Assembly (NCBI RefSeq): GCF_000143415.4
Contig: NW_003314268.1
Location: 2,124,494 to 2,188,493, forward strand
Reading direction: 5' to 3'
Source: Selaginella moellendorffii
Lineage: Eukaryota > Plantae > Lycopodiophyta
DNA: 64,000 bases
The translations under genes were made by a program, and so were the position numbers. Positions 25,374 to 40,882 of this stretch are shown here, one piece after another. The notes under the pieces were generated by a model. That model was given only the letters and a program-made list of their open reading frames with translations. It made no database searches and was not told where the DNA came from. Within the stretch, counting starts at the first letter, position 1. Each line of letters opens with the position of its first letter.

Positions 25374-26210
25374 TTAGGGTTCTTGGGGATGGTGGGCTGC
25401 GATCGCGGCGGCAGCGGCGGCCGCCTCCGAGATGCTCTCCAACGCCGGGCGCCAGATCCCGGGCCTGCCGACTCGCGGAGGAGCGGCGCCGGGTAGAGCT
25501 GCCGGCTGCGAAATCCCGGCGGTGGACGAGGACGATCCATTGGTCGGAGTGGCACGGGCAGCGCCGCCACGATGATCGTGACGATCTTTCGAGGACGATG
25601 AGGATGATGATTTCTTCACGTTGCTCTCCGAGAGGAGCTGCTGCAAGTATTTCTTGGAGACGACGAGCTTGGTGACGCCGCCTTCTTGCCTCACCTTGAA
25701 TGGCTGCTGCGACGAATCCTTGAGCAGCTGCTTGCGATCGTCGTGCTCGTCGCCGGGAGATCTCCGCGTCTTACCATTCTTGTCGCTGGGAGTTTGATTC
25801 TTATCCTTCGGCGCGGCAACCAGGGATTTGGATGAGGAGCTCGATTTGGGAGAGAGGAACGCGGATTTGTAGAACTGGAACGAGGAGAGGCGCTTGTACT
25901 GGAAAGCTCCGCTGGAATCATCGGCATTGGTGATCGGGAGGAGAAGATAAGAGCGGCCGGGCTCCGATTCCACGGCGGCGCCATCGCTGGAGCTCTTGCC
26001 GCCGAGATTGGAGAGGCATTTCAGGAGATCCGCCCGGGGGGGCGAGCAGCCGGAGAAGGAGGAGGAATTGAGGCGCTTGTGGCTGGAATTCTTGCGAACC
26101 TTGGAGGAATCCAGCGGCCGGATGAGCCGCTCCACATGACCGTCCGAGTGGACAACGTGGACGACCTCGACTGCTCCACAGATTAGGACGCAGGACATGA
26201 GATTCCCCAT
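25374..26210 (-). CDS. PADRE/DUF4228-family protein (paralogue 2), intronless
   Basis: MGNLMSCVLICGA start shared with 1014-1940, 'EPGRSYLLLP', 'GGVTKLVVSKKYLQQLL', WRPALESISE. Confidence 0.85.
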   Translation of the reverse strand: MGNLMSCVLICGAVEVVHVVHSDGHVERLIRPLDSSKVRKNSSHKRLNSSSFSGCSPPRADLLKCLSNLGGKSSSDGAAVESEPGRSYLLLPITNADDSSGAFQYKRLSSFQFYKSAFLSPKSSSSSKSLVAAPKDKNQTPSDKNGKTRRSPGDEHDDRKQLLKDSSQQPFKVRQEGGVTKLVVSKKYLQQLLSESNVKKSSSSSSSKDRHDHRGGAARATPTNGSSSSTAGISQPAALPGAAPPRVGRPGIWRPALESISEAAAAAAAIAAHHPQEP

Positions 26211-26760
26211 GGATCCGGGTCCGGCCGCGACGAATCGGTCGATCTTGCGCGATATTTCAGCGCAGCATTGATGGGAGGGGGGAAGATTTCGCTGCGATTC
26301 AAGAGCTGGAGCGGATCTGGAACGAGAGAATGCGAGAGAGATCTAGATTCTACACCAGGAAGAAAGAACAAAAGAAAGAAATGCGAGTAAGAGGAGGAGG
26401 AGGAGGAGAAATCTCGCCAGCGGCCGCTAGTAAATCAAGCGCTCGTCGCGCGCGCGCGCTCGATGCTACTGCTCCGATCGCTACACAAACTTTCCAGAGA
26501 CTAGTTAATGGCGCTCGCTTGCGTGTCTTCTTCTTGCTTGTTGCCGTCTGTCCACATTGGTCGCAAAATCCAAAACCACAAAGAAATAAAACCCTCGCGC
26601 GATATCTTCTAAACCCCGTCCCGTCTCCACTGAAAAGGCTGACCTGCCATGCCACGTCCCAGACCTGGCCCTCCACGTGCGCGCCACGTCACACTGCCAC
26701 GCCGGCGCTCGAGTGGGGTCCCGAGGGTTGAAACTTGAAGGTGATCCCTACATTGTTTTC

Positions 26761-26810
26761 TTCTCTCTCTCTCTCTCTCTCTCTCTTGAGTTTTTCTTTT
26801 TTTTTTTCTT
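26761..26810. repeat. (CT)n microsatellite followed by poly-T
   Basis: Directly visible. Confidence 0.9.
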
Positions 26811-27849
26811 GTATGGATCGATCGGTGCTTCCCTGATTGATTGGGATTGCGAGCTGTTGCATCGGAAGAGGACGCCAACTTGTCGCTTGTAGCTTTCGTT
26901 GTCTAAAATTTTTCTGTGTGTAAAAGCTCTTTTCTTTTTGCCAACATATCTGATATAGTTCCACTCATTCGACTTTTCTCTGCTTTGTGGCAAGGATTGA
27001 GGTTGAGGTTACGTAAGACGCCTGGGAATTGGATCTACAATCTTACTGTTTCTCTACTTTACAACTAGAATACATTTTCCTATGTTATTCTACAAACCCC
27101 CTCTTTTGGACTTGGTCTTGTCCAGTCGTTTTCTAGTCTACATGGAGACCGAGTTTCAACAGAGAGCTGGCGAGACAATAAACATAAGGTATTCCATCTT
27201 TGAGGAAAAAAAAGAAAAGAAAGAGAGAACGTCCTTATCCTGGAGGCCTTTCGTCAATGGCTCCTCCTTTTTTTTGTTACACTTTTCGCGGCCAGATACG
27301 ATGAAACCGCGAGGGTTTCCAGGATAAAAAGAGAATAAAAAAACCATATTACTACTTAGAAACTTTCGATTTGTACTGAAGGTTTGGCAGCCTTGGAGAC
27401 GATTCCAAAATCTCTAGATCGAGTGTTGGTAGTCAAGACCAAAGAGCTCTACACAGTAGGGCCAGTTCTGCCATGCCAGGACAGGCATCCGTTAAGTGAG
27501 CACTTGAAGAAAAAGAAAGCGCATGCATCCAAGACACACCAACCAGATTTGAGGAGAAATGCGATCATTTCTCTCAACGAATCGAGGTGCTGGTGGATTC
27601 TTTCTGCAAGGCCGGCCTAGTCGCGAACGCAAGGACAATAAAAACAAACCAAAAAGAAAGAAGAGCAACGAGCAAGTCAGCCAGAGCTTTGAATGAAGTT
27701 TATAACTAAAACCATAGAAATTCGAAGATTATATAGCGAATTAATCGTAAAAGACTGAAGTTCTTGAACTTGGAAAAAATCAAAGTCTATTTGAAAGTGC
27801 ATGCAAACTAGGAAGTTTTATAAAATCTCTCTCACAAAGAAGAGAAAGT

Positions 27850-30230
27850 TTAGACCTGTCGCTTTAAGAGTTTATCGATGGTGCCACCTTCATTGTACTT
27901 CTCAACCAGTTCCTTGGAGTAAGACGGAATGTGAGCTTCAGCTCTGAAAGTTAGCCAAGAACACAATCATATCGGCAATGCTGAACAGCAAAACGAACCT
28001 GGATTTCCCCATGGCGCGGTGTACATAGAGGTAATTCCTGATAGTGTGGTAGTCAAGAGAGTATCGTCCAAATTCCAGGCCCTTCGGCCCGATCTGTCAT
28101 GCATCAATTATAAGACAAGACGATAAGAAATAAAGAGCTCCAAACACCAACCAGATTCAGCAGAAACGCAATAATATTACCAACAAATCGAGGTGCCGGG
28201 GCACTCTTTTGCAAGCCTGGCAACGAAGGACAGCAACAAATAAAAGGTTCTCTTTCATGAAAAGGAAAGATAACTTGCCTAGTTTCGCATTGTCATCTGC
28301 CTTGACCGTCTCCATGACAAATGGACGCCTGTCACCCTGGCCAGACAGGAATTGCGAAATAAACGTGTGGAGGCGATGAAACATTCCATACCGTGCTAAC
28401 AGTGGGTGTAACTTCAAGGAGATGCTTGACTAGATCCAGCATTTCTCTACCCCTCTCATTTCTGCACGCGTCCAATACTTTGCTCAGAAGAAAACGAGTA
28501 AAAATAAGTCCAAATCACTACCTAACGGTGACATATTGTGGGTGTTGAACCATACTGACACCAGGATATTTGGGAACTCCCATATAGCCCACCACGAGAT
28601 CCTGTAATCACCATTCCACAGATCAAAACGTATGTTGAGAAAACAATTTACAGTTCATACAGCCAATCCGTTGGTGTAATCGAAGCAGCTGCACAAAAAC
28701 AAAAACAAACGACAAATCTTAGTTCCTTGGCATGATGAAAGTATTTGAAAATAAAGCACCTGTAGCATGATGGAGCTATCACATCGGTTAGATCACTAGC
28801 TGGTAAACAAAAGTAAGGAACCTGGAAAACGTTCATGATAGTGAAACCAATCTCGAGAGATGAACAAGAACACCAACCTCTTCCATACGACCATCCAAGT
28901 GTTTCAGGTGAACCTAAGAGGCTAGACGTGTCAGTCTAATGAACTAGAAACGAGTTTACAACCTTGTAATCTTGCATGAACTCGTAGTGTAGAACAGTTT
29001 GAGGACTGTCACTCGCTGCTCGTAGAAACTTATCGAGCCCTTCTCTGGGGCCATTGTCCACTGCGGTTTCTTGCTTGTTAGCACATAATTGTGTGGGACT
29101 AGCAATAAAACTGACCATCTACTGACCGCAATTTGTACCAAGCACGTAGAGCTTTTCAAGACCAAGATACTTCTCCACCGCCCTCAAAGCTGCCCCAAAA
29201 AATCAAGTAACGATCTATAGCTTGATTGAAATTACCTTGAACTTGGCACCCGACTCCACAGAACAGAAGCTTCTTGACACCAGCAGCCTACTAGGCGAAG
29301 TATCAAAAGCAAATCATAAGTTTTGACAATACAATACCTCCACGAGCGCCAGCGTGTTTAGATTTGGTGACAAGGTCGGTTTCACTCCTCGAGCGGCGAG
29401 TATTTCTTCAGGAGTCCTGAGAAACCAGATAGATATACCAAGAATCTAGGTGGACAATATACCTTGCTAGCACGGGCCGGGGTGTGAAACGATCTTCTGG
29501 ATCACTGAAGAAAGTCCTCTGTCAGAAAGTCCTATAAAGACCAGCAGCCTACCTCTGAACACATATAACAGCTTCCACGCGCTTTGTTTTGAGCATTTCT
29601 ATTGCTATGGCAGTAACAATGCCTGTCCATTGGGCTCCTGAAAGTATGTGCACGATTGGAAAAACGTAAAACCTGAGCCTTCGTCACTGTACCTTTGACA
29701 GGCTCAATCTTTCGTGCATAAAGTAACTCTTCATGAACTCCAAAATATAACTCGTCCAAAGACTTTACATCTCGTGCTCTCCCATGCACTTCGGGCTCCA
29801 TAGCCTGCGAATATAGATAGAATAAGGAAAACAGGAACACAAAACAAGACTAGAAAAGCTCACCTCGACTTTAGTCATACCATTCCCGAGAAATGCACAG
29901 GCTTTCTTCACATGAGCTATGTAATACGAGTCACACAAGCCGCAATGACTACGGCGAAAAGGTTAGTGAATTGAGCTCTTAGAAAGGATTGATAGCTTTA
30001 CCTGCAAAATTCTTTCGCTGGATACGTGCTTCCCGGCTTGATGGGTTTCGACCTTTTCCTCCAATCTGTTTGAGGCTCCGTTGTTGTCTCGGCTGCAATC
30101 AAACCGCTGAGACTCCAGGCAATACAAACAAAACGATTGGAGTACCTCGACACTGGCGCCGCGAACAGTTCCACCTCGAGGAGGAGATCAACGTCAGGTG
30201 GGAGCTACCAAGGTTCTGCAGCAGCGCCAT
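27850..30230 (-). CDS. HCAR: 7-hydroxymethyl chlorophyll a reductase (F420-hydrogenase beta-like, FAD/Fe-S), many exons
   Basis: 'CGLCDSYYI', 'AQWTGIVTAIA', 'KPTLSPNL', 'LGTNC', 'VDNGPREGLDKFL', 'LHYEFMQDYK', 'PYFCLPA', 'APSCY/SCFDYTNG', 'GDRRPFVMETVKADDNAKLG', 'RYSLDYHTIRNYLY'. Confidence 0.95.
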
Positions 30231-30303
30231 AGCTGCAACGAAGAGAGGGTGCACGAAATGAGATTTATTACTGACAACTTAACTACATCTTCTGCTACAT
30301 ACG

Positions 30304-32310
<2,007 letters not shown>

Positions 32311-32900
32311 CTGGGGAATAACAGAGAATATTTCCAGAGCATATACCGTACACCGGGATCAATCGCACGGCGGGGATTTCAAACGCCAAGATTCAACGGG
32401 TACGCAAGTGTGGGTTTCAAAACATGGCCGTACGATCTGGTAAGGTTGGTTTAGTGGGCGGATGAGATTGAAACGGGTTCCTAGGGCACGATTAGCGAAT
32501 CTACGGCTGTCGCGACCCGTCAACATCGCTCCAGCTCTATAGCCCGTGAAGTCCGGCCCCCGTCACCGCCCTCATCAAGCCCCTACACTCTCTCCTGTGT
32601 GTGTGTGTGTGATAGATCTATCGACACTGTAATGTGGTATGTATTTAAGCGGGCATTGATGTAGCTGGAGAGATCGCGAGCGACACCAACCTTGAAAGTC
32701 CCCTCTTCCAAATCCCCAAAAGAGAGATTTTTTCTCTTCTGGTCTCTTCTGGGCTGTGAGAGCTACCAAAACCTTGAGAGTGGGAGCTCGAAATTCTTCT
32801 TGTTCTCTCCGTCCGGCATTTGGGTCTCTGGTCTGATCGGTTCTCGCAAGAGGGTTCTTGCGGAAGTGATTGGAAATGCCTAGTTCCAATCGGGATCACC

Positions 32901-34695
32901 ATGGGCGGTAGGAAAACCAGCGACAATTCCGATGTGGACGATGTTCTTCAGCTGCTCCAGAGAGAAGCTCCACTCAGCAAAGAACAGGTATGTTTCCATT
33001 TGGTTGTGTATTTCTTCTAGTTTATGTGCGAGTTGAGTGACTTTTGGTGGCAATGCAGGCCGAGTATTGCAACGAGGCGTGCATCGCCAGATACTTGAGA
33101 GCTCGTTCCGGGAGTGTCAAAAAGGCTGCCAAGCAACTCCGAGCTTCCTTAAGTTGGCGTGAGAGCTTGGAAATCGGTATGATTTATATCAATCTCTAGC
33201 TGCATTCCATTCAGTCGCCATCTCTTTGTGCGAAATCAGTGAGCTTTTAAGTTTCTTGCAAAGTTTAAAGTTCTCTTTCCTTGTTTTTTCGTTTTTTTTT
33301 TCTTTTTCGTGCAGGGTACTTGACTGCCGATGATTTTCCAGCCGAGCTCGCCGCGGGGATCGCTTTTGTGTCTGGCCAAGACGACGACGGGAAGCCAGTT
33401 CTGGTATGTTTACCTCTAAATAAGATTTGCTTCCAAGCCGCAAAAGTGATGACTGGAAAAATCAATATGATCAGGTTCTCAGGACAAAACAGGAATTTCT
33501 TCCTCCTAGATCTCAGAAACGGTATGGTGCCAACAATCATTCTCTTACAAAAAAAGGTTTTTCTTACAAACTGACAGTGAATTCTTTTTCTGGAGGTTTA
33601 TCCGTTTTTTAGTCTTTTCTTTTGAAGTGGCAGTCTCCTCCATGCCTCCCGGCGTTGATCAATTCGTCATGTTGATTGACTTCTCAGGTACTCCGAAGAA
33701 TAAACTAAAACTCTAAACAATTCCTCGATCCAATTCTTTTACTCACAGGCTCGTCAAGGGGAAGCTCGTCACTCCTCAGCTTCATACTCAGCATCATGAA
33801 GCTCCTCTCAGATCACTATCCGGAAAGACTAGCTCCATCGTTCTTCGTCGATGCACCTTCGATGTTCTACTACCTCTGGAAGGTGAGAAAAAGGAAGAAA
33901 ACAACGTTTTTTTCCTTCGTTTTCCCCTCTTGATCACAGATGGATGGATCGTAACTGCGTGTGTGTTGCATTTCCTGGCAGGGAATGGCCCCGTTCATCG
34001 ATCACGCAACGAAAGAGAAGTGGAGCTTCTCGTTCTCCAGGGATCACGACATGCAAATCTCAGCACCGTCGTGCGAGCCAGCAGAGCGTGCGCAGCCGCC
34101 ACCCTCGTCGCTGCTCGCCGATTCCTCGTGCAGCTGCAGCAGCACCCCATCCTCCTTCCGCGCCACCTTGTGCTACGAGGAGCGCCTCAACGCCATGAGC
34201 TTCCTCACGCCGCTCAGCTCGCCCGGCGGCCAGAGCTTCTTCAAAAACAACAGCCTCGGCGCCGCGCTCGCCTCGGACGCGCAGCACAGGTCCCTCTCCT
34301 TCTCCTCGCCCGCCGCCACCGCCACCATCGCCACCGCCGCCAGCTTCAACTTCCGCACGCCCGACTCCAGCTGCAGCGACGGCGGCGGCGTCGGGGGCTA
34401 CGGCTCGCCAGTGTTTGCGCGCAGCAGCCGCTCGCGCGGGAGGAGCTCCTCCCGCGAGATGGGAAGTGTAGCGTCATCGTCGGCGCTGTCATACCTGGTG
34501 AAGCACAAGAGGAGCTCCAGCTCCAGCTCCAGCGCGGTGGAGTCGTTCCGGCCTTACGTCCGGCACGCCAAGGCCGGATACAGCGAGAGCGCCTACAGGG
34601 CCACCTTGAAGCCGCCGCTGGGGGGGCTACTCTGTGTCATCAAAAGCGCCCTCAACCTCGGGCAGACGGATGACTATCCCGCCACCCCGAGCTGA
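32901..34695 (+). CDS. Sec14/CRAL-TRIO lipid-binding protein with a long Ser-rich C-terminal extension
   Basis: 'CNEACIARYLRAR', 'KAAKQLRASLSWR', 'GKPVL', 'DHYPERLA..FFVDAPSMFYYLWKGMAPF', conserved tail 'YRATLKPPLGGL'. Confidence 0.88.
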
Positions 34696-34739
34696 GAAAG
34701 CTCGTCATTGTTTTCTTCCCCACTAACTCACTCATAACG

Positions 34740-34852
34740 GAATATACCGAGGCTGGCAGAATATGCTTACGTTGTGTGTGACAGAATGTTCTCTTAGGGT
34801 TCGGCTAGCAGAATATGCTTCCTGGAGGAAAATGTAGATAGACGGAATATAC
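34740..34852. promoter_or_regulatory. Cluster of four P1BS-consensus motifs (GNATATNC) plus a telo-box-like TAGGGTTT (34862) upstream of TOM7
   Basis: GAATATAC 34740, GAATATGC 34759, GAATATGC 34811, GAATATAC 34845. Function is inferred only. Confidence 0.55.
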
Positions 34853-34878
34853 TTCTAGGGCTAGGGTTTTGGAGCGTG

Positions 34879-35151
34879 ATGGCAGGGGTGCAGGTCGGGC
34901 GCGTCCGCGCGGATCCATCCAAGAAGGGCAAGGGGAAGAGGCTGCTGCCGCCGCCGCCAGGGGCCGGCGGGGGCGGCAGCGCGTCGGCGGAGGCGTCGGA
35001 TGCGGCGCGCAAGGTGCTCAAGGAGTGGCCGACGTGGGCGATGAAGAAGCTCAAGACGGCGGTGCACTACGGCTTCATCCCGCTCATCATCGTCATCGGG
35101 ATGAATGTGGAGCCCAAGCCGCATTGGACGCAGCTCTTCAGCCCAGTTTGA
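34879..35151 (+). CDS. TOM7: Mitochondrial import receptor subunit TOM7, intronless
   Basis: '[46 protein letters not shown]' matches the plant TOM7 consensus. Confidence 0.93.
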   Translation: MAGVQVGRVRADPSKKGKGKRLLPPPPGAGGGGSASAEASDAARKVLKEWPTWAMKKLKTAVHYGFIPLIIVIGMNVEPKPHWTQLFSPV

Positions 35152-35762
35152 GCGAGTTTGGGCTGGTAACAAGAGAAAATGCTCCTTTTTCTTTTCTTGC
35201 TCCTCTCCTTGGTTTCAGTCGCTGGCTAGATGGATCACAGCCTAGAGTTTGGTAGCAAATCAACTTATAGTCACTAGTGAGGGAGAGATCTCTTGCCTCT
35301 GCCTATATGGATGGATGGTTTTCACATCGATTTGCGTTTCTTATTTGCATGTGAAGAATAAGAATGAACTAAACACTATGGTTTTTTTCTGTGTTATTGG
35401 CCGGAGAGGTTGGTCTTGTTCTTGATCATGTTGGTGACACCAGCCTTGTGATGATCCTGATAATTACACGATGAAGAGAAAGGAAAAAAAAATCCCGACT
35501 AGAAGAGGAGCGAAAGCAAAGACGAAGAGAAACTAAGAAGAGGGAGGAGTAAAAACACCCAGAATGCGGGCAGCAAGCAAGCAAAAAAGAAATCGTGAGG
35601 TCTTTTTTTTTACAAATCGAGGGTGTTGTGTTCTCTCCGCCAAATGAATGCTTGCTTGCCTGCTTTGCTCGCTTGAATTGAGACTTTCTGCGTTGTCTTG
35701 ATGTAGCCTAGCACCACCACCAGAGAATTGGAAAAAAAAAATGATGTGGAGCTCTGGAGCTT

Positions 35763-38700
35763 TCAAACGCCACCACACTGCTTCACAGCTTGCTCCAGCC
35801 CCTGTTGGCTGGGACCGAGAAGCTCCTTCACGTTGACACCGTTTCTGAAAATCTTAAAGGTTGGCACCGAGCTTATGCTTTCCAACTGTGCCAAGTACGG
35901 GCTATCATCGACATCAACCTGGACGAAAAGAAACAAAATCGATTCACACCTATCCAAACAACAGCTCAATCGCAGCCAGCTTACCTTCGAGAAATTCACA
36001 GACGGATATCGTCTGCACAGCTCCTCGACAAAGGTGGAAAACTGGCGACATCTATCGCTCCACCGCGTCGTAAACTCCACCACGGACAAGCCTAGGAAAG
36101 AGAACAGAGAAAAGAGTGAACGCTTGCAAAACTGCCAGAAGAAAGCGCACAACGACTTACCGGGACAGGAGATTGCTTCCCTGAATTGGTCGTTTCTAAA
36201 CACTTCTTCTACACCTCCCCCAAAATGTGTTCTCGATATTTCTTCACCGCGTGATTTCTTGAGTGCCACTTGCACGTCGAAAAGAGCCTGCGCAACCTCC
36301 ACATCTCCGGGATGCTCACGTCTTATTGCCTCGTAATCTCTTGCCGCGTCCTCCCACCGCTCAAGCTGGGAGAAGTAAAACCTTTGCTGTCAAAATCCCA
36401 AAGAAAAAAGCAGGCACGTACCTTGGCATACGAATGAGCCCGTCTCAGAAGCGCCTTCATGTACTTGGGCTGGACTTGCAAAGCTGCATTGCAATCCTCT
36501 AAAGTTTTCTCCCACTGTCCGAGCTTGGACCGACTAGCAGCACGGTTGCAGAGAAGGATTGCGTTCGCAGGATCAAGCTCCAGGCCTTCGGTATAAGCGG
36601 CACACGCTTCGAAGAACTTCGCAGCTTTGAAAAAATCATTGCCCGCCGCCCGGGCTTTCGACACTGTACGTGCTTTCCTCAGTAAAGAGGAAACTTCGAA
36701 GTTTTGGGGATCGAGACGGGCAGCCCGCTCTGTAATAGCTACGGCTTCTTCGAATCTGTAGAAAAAAAGCCTGGCAAGTTAGTAAGCGGTACTATGGACT
36801 TTAATGTTGAGGAATAAAACCGGTATATCAACGCACCTGCCTTGGGCCATGTCAGCCTGCGCTAGCAACACAACAAGATTGTTGCTGAATTCTACTTTTG
36901 TAGACCTGGGAGACGCGTCTTCTACTCGTCGAGCGGCAGCCAGTGCTGCGTCTGCTTCGTCTAACCTTTGCAGCTTCAGCAGGGATTCCGCTTTTAAAAC
37001 GTACACCTACATAACTCGAGAGGTCAACGAATCTCAATTCTGGAAAGTTCCATCTTACCTGCAAGGAATAATCGGCCCCGGCAACAATTGCAGCATCACA
37101 TTCTCGAAGAACAGCGTTCCAGTCTTTCAACTTCTTTGCTTCGAAACAGTTCGTCAGCCTCCTTTCTATCAAAGTGATCCTTTGACTATCTCCTGTTTCA
37201 TTCTGCTGACCGGATCCTTTGAGATGCTTTCTAGCTTGTTCTGTTTGTCCAAGTCTATTCCATCACACGCAGTAGAATGAATAAAACTGTGACAAGATTG
37301 CAAAAAACGACAGCGTACCTTAAGAGTAGAGAAACAAGTCGCTGGTGCGCCCGACTAAAAGAGGAGTCCAGTTTCAGTGCCATCTCTGATTCTTGCACCG
37401 CTTCCCCAACACGATTGAGCCCAGCCAATGCGGCGGCTCGGTTGCATCTGTAGGCAGCCTGGTCGGGACACAAGGAAATGGCCCGGTCATATAGAGAGAG
37501 TGCCTTTGCAAAGTTTCCCTTCTTGTACTCGGCATTTCCCGAATTCTTGACATCTTCAGCTGAAACGTTGCTCTTGCTCTCGCCACCCGGAACAATGTTC
37601 CGTATACCTTGACTTTCTCCTGCCCTGCCTCCGTCAACATAAGAAACTTTCTTGTAAGCAGAAGTGTTCGTTGTCCCTGTGAGTTTGATCCCAGTTCTGA
37701 GCTCTGCCGGGGACGCTGCCCCGACCAAAAATCTACTCGACGTAGGTGCCGGATTCGCGTTCAACCTGGTTCCATTGGATTCTCCTCCATTTTGCGTCTT
37801 GAGGATGCCACCCGGCTTCTCCTTCTTTATGGATCCATTGTCCATGGCAGTAGTACTACCCCCACCATTAGCTACAGCATTAAAGGTTGAGAAGCTCCCA
37901 CCAGTCACCATTCCAGTATTTAGAACCGGGCCACCTTTGCCACCCCAAAGGCTCTCGGCTGTAGGACTTCCACCATCGGAACTCCCTGCGCTTGAGTTGC
38001 TTCCATGAGCACCACCCTCTCCATTTTTCCTGCCCCTATTAAATATCTCCGGTGTTGGACTTCCACCGCTGGAGCTACCACCACTGGAATTCCCATGATA
38101 GATTTCTCCACTTTTCCTGTTGGCCGTCCCTCGATGACCCTCCACAGTCGGACTCTCTCCACTGGAGCTACCGCTGGAGTTACTTCCACGAGGGACCTCT
38201 CCAACTCTCCTCTGAGATCGAAAGCCATCTGCGATCTCCCCAGAACTGGATAGACTCGCGCGAGGTATCTCGCCACTAAAGCTCGCACCACTGGAGATGC
38301 TTACTCGAGAGAGCTCGCCACTCTTCCTCGCAGGCCTCGACATGTCGAACATCGGACTGTCGCCGGAACTGGAGCTACTCCCGCGGGGAAGCTCCCCACT
38401 TCTCTTTTGCAGTGGCAAGCCTTCCACAACATTGCCAGTCGGAAAAGCTCCCCGTGATTTAAACGCATCCAAGCTTTCTGTGTCATGCTTAAAGGTGAAG
38501 CTATCCGAGGCGAGATTCAGCACCGCGGAGTCCTCCGACTTTGCTGCGTCCAAACTTCCATGCTTGGCAACTCCGCTTCTCCCCGGATTGTTACCAGCAT
38601 TATTGCTGCTGGACAGCCTGGGTGCTCCAAAGAAGAAGTTTGTCGACGCTAGCCTGGACGACGAATCTGGCACGGCCTCCCCGGAAAACGTGGCCCTCGT

Positions 38701-38793
38701 CGCTCCATTCGCCTGGGGCTTCAACTTGGCGAATGGATCCAGCGCCTCGGACGATCCTCCCAGCTTCTTGCCATCCGCCTGTGCGTGAGACAT
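35763..38793 (-). CDS. TTL: TPR-repeat thioredoxin-like protein (TTL family); a short upstream exon (ATG 39028) is possible
   Basis: Long Ser/Gly-rich N-terminus, TPRs '[27 protein letters not shown]', '[15 protein letters not shown]', '[16 protein letters not shown]', C-terminal thioredoxin-like domain '[13 protein letters not shown]...[10 protein letters not shown]'. Confidence 0.93.
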
Positions 38794-40882
38794 ACTCGTA
38801 CAGACAGTAGTTTGCGAGCTCGAGTGCTTGGGGACCACATAAATCTGTGACGAGCAACGCCCACCGGATCAAACTAGTGCCGAATCCTTCTGATCTACTA
38901 CACCCACTACCGCTTCCGCCGCATCACCCCCCCGAGCCCCGACTTGTAAATTCCGCCACCAATTTGCCGAAAGGAGCCGGGAAGAGCCTGGCTCACATCT
39001 TACGTACTGCTGCTAAAAGCCTTTCCATGGCCTCCAGGCCCCAACTTGTCCAATTTTCAATCCCATTGCCCCCAAATGTGGCCGTGACAGAGAAACCGAT
39101 GATGGCACGTCTCATCCGAAAGAGCCGAGCGAGCGCCCCCCCGATTTGGACAGCCAACGGGAACAGCCAAACCAGCGAATGGAACTTCTAAACCACCCTC
39201 TCAAGAAGAACAAAAGAGAGAAAGAGAGAGAGAGCAGTGAAAATGTGGGATGGGATGGAAATACCTAGTACCACCACTACTACTACCGTGGTGAAAGAAG
39301 GGAAATCTATGCCAGTACCGCTAAACCAATCTCCATCAATCCACTGCTTGCCTACCTTGTTTGAGCTCAAGAACAGCGCCGTGCGGGACCCTGTGTGCCA
39401 GCTCCTCTCTGGATCGGGGCCTACTGCCCTCCAGATCGGGTCCAGGCAATGTACCTATCTGGAAATCCGTCCGCGGCGCGGCCGATTTGACTTGGAAATC
39501 CCGAGCTCGCAGCTATGGCGGCAGCATTGGCGGCCGCGCCGGCGGCGAGATCGATCGGAGACGCCGCCATGGCCGCGGGGCGCCACCCCCAGCCCTTGCC
39601 CACGCAATGCTCATCGCTGGCAATCCCTAAGCCCTCACAAAATAACCAGCGCTCGGGCTTGCTTTGCGCCTTCGTTTGCTCACACCCACACCATACCATC
39701 GCCTGGCGGAATATGCCGCGCGGCGAATATTCCGCCCGACCAACAGCTGTGGGCGGACGGGCCGGAACACGTGGCGGGCCCTTGCGGCTGACACGTCGGA
39801 TGCCGCAGTGCCGCGAATTGTGGCAGCGGAGCAAATGATCTCGCCGCGGCGGCAGGCCCACCGCGCACGGTGCGGTAGAAAGGTGAAAGAACAGAGAAAC
39901 TACTGGAGGTATATTTTCTTTTTTCACTTTGGAGTTTGACCAGGGGTTGATGAGTTGTGGAGGAAAATTTGGGCACACATTCTTCGCCCGCGTTGGTTGG
40001 CAACGCGTGAGCCCCAAGTCTTTCTTGGCACCTTTAAAATACTAGCGGTTAGCTCACCCCTTTAAAAAGAAAACTAACCCCCTACGTGGCAGCTGACTTG
40101 CCACGCACGTCATCACACGACCTTTGATTGATTCCTCCTTCCTCTTCATCTCCAGCTCGGAGTTCTATCCATCACGGTTGTGAATCGCTCGATGAAAGAA
40201 CGTGAGATTGACGATGTATTGATCGATCATACATGGATGATTGATTCTGGAATCAAATCAAATCAATCTCACCAGAAACATTTGGCGGGTTTCACCCATA
40301 ATTCTCTCGAATCGCGAGTGGATGGAATGTTTGCCCCGGAGAGAGCGCGCGCTGTTCATCGACGCGACTGCCATCCAAACTCCATCGTCCGCTTCCTTGT
40401 GATGTCACTCTCTCCTACAATCAATCAATCCATCCAACTCGCCGGCCAAGTGGACTTTCACGATTCTTGGAGCGTTTCACGAAGCTCTCCAGAGGTTTTA
40501 CTTTGGTACCTTGCTCCTTGGCTGACAGAGAACGAAAGGGATGATCCATACTGCCTTGATTGTTTTGCTCTCCAGCAAATTTTGGTGTCCTCGCACGGGC
40601 GAGCGATCGTAAGCTCTCATTATAACAGCTGCGTAGCAACGGCAGCCATAACGAGCGAGCTTACGTTCTTGGTGTCACACTTTGCTTGAGGACATTGTAG
40701 ACGTCGACGCGAAACTTAGTCTTGAATGTAAAGTCAAAATGCCACTGTGATTGGAAACGCAAGCGATCGTTTCCATGGTCTCCAATATATACAACCAAAG
40801 GAAGAAAGAGCAAAAAAATACCTCGTTCCTTGATCCTAAGAAAGAACTTGCTGTTCTGCCAAACGTTGTCTTTCGCGTTGAT

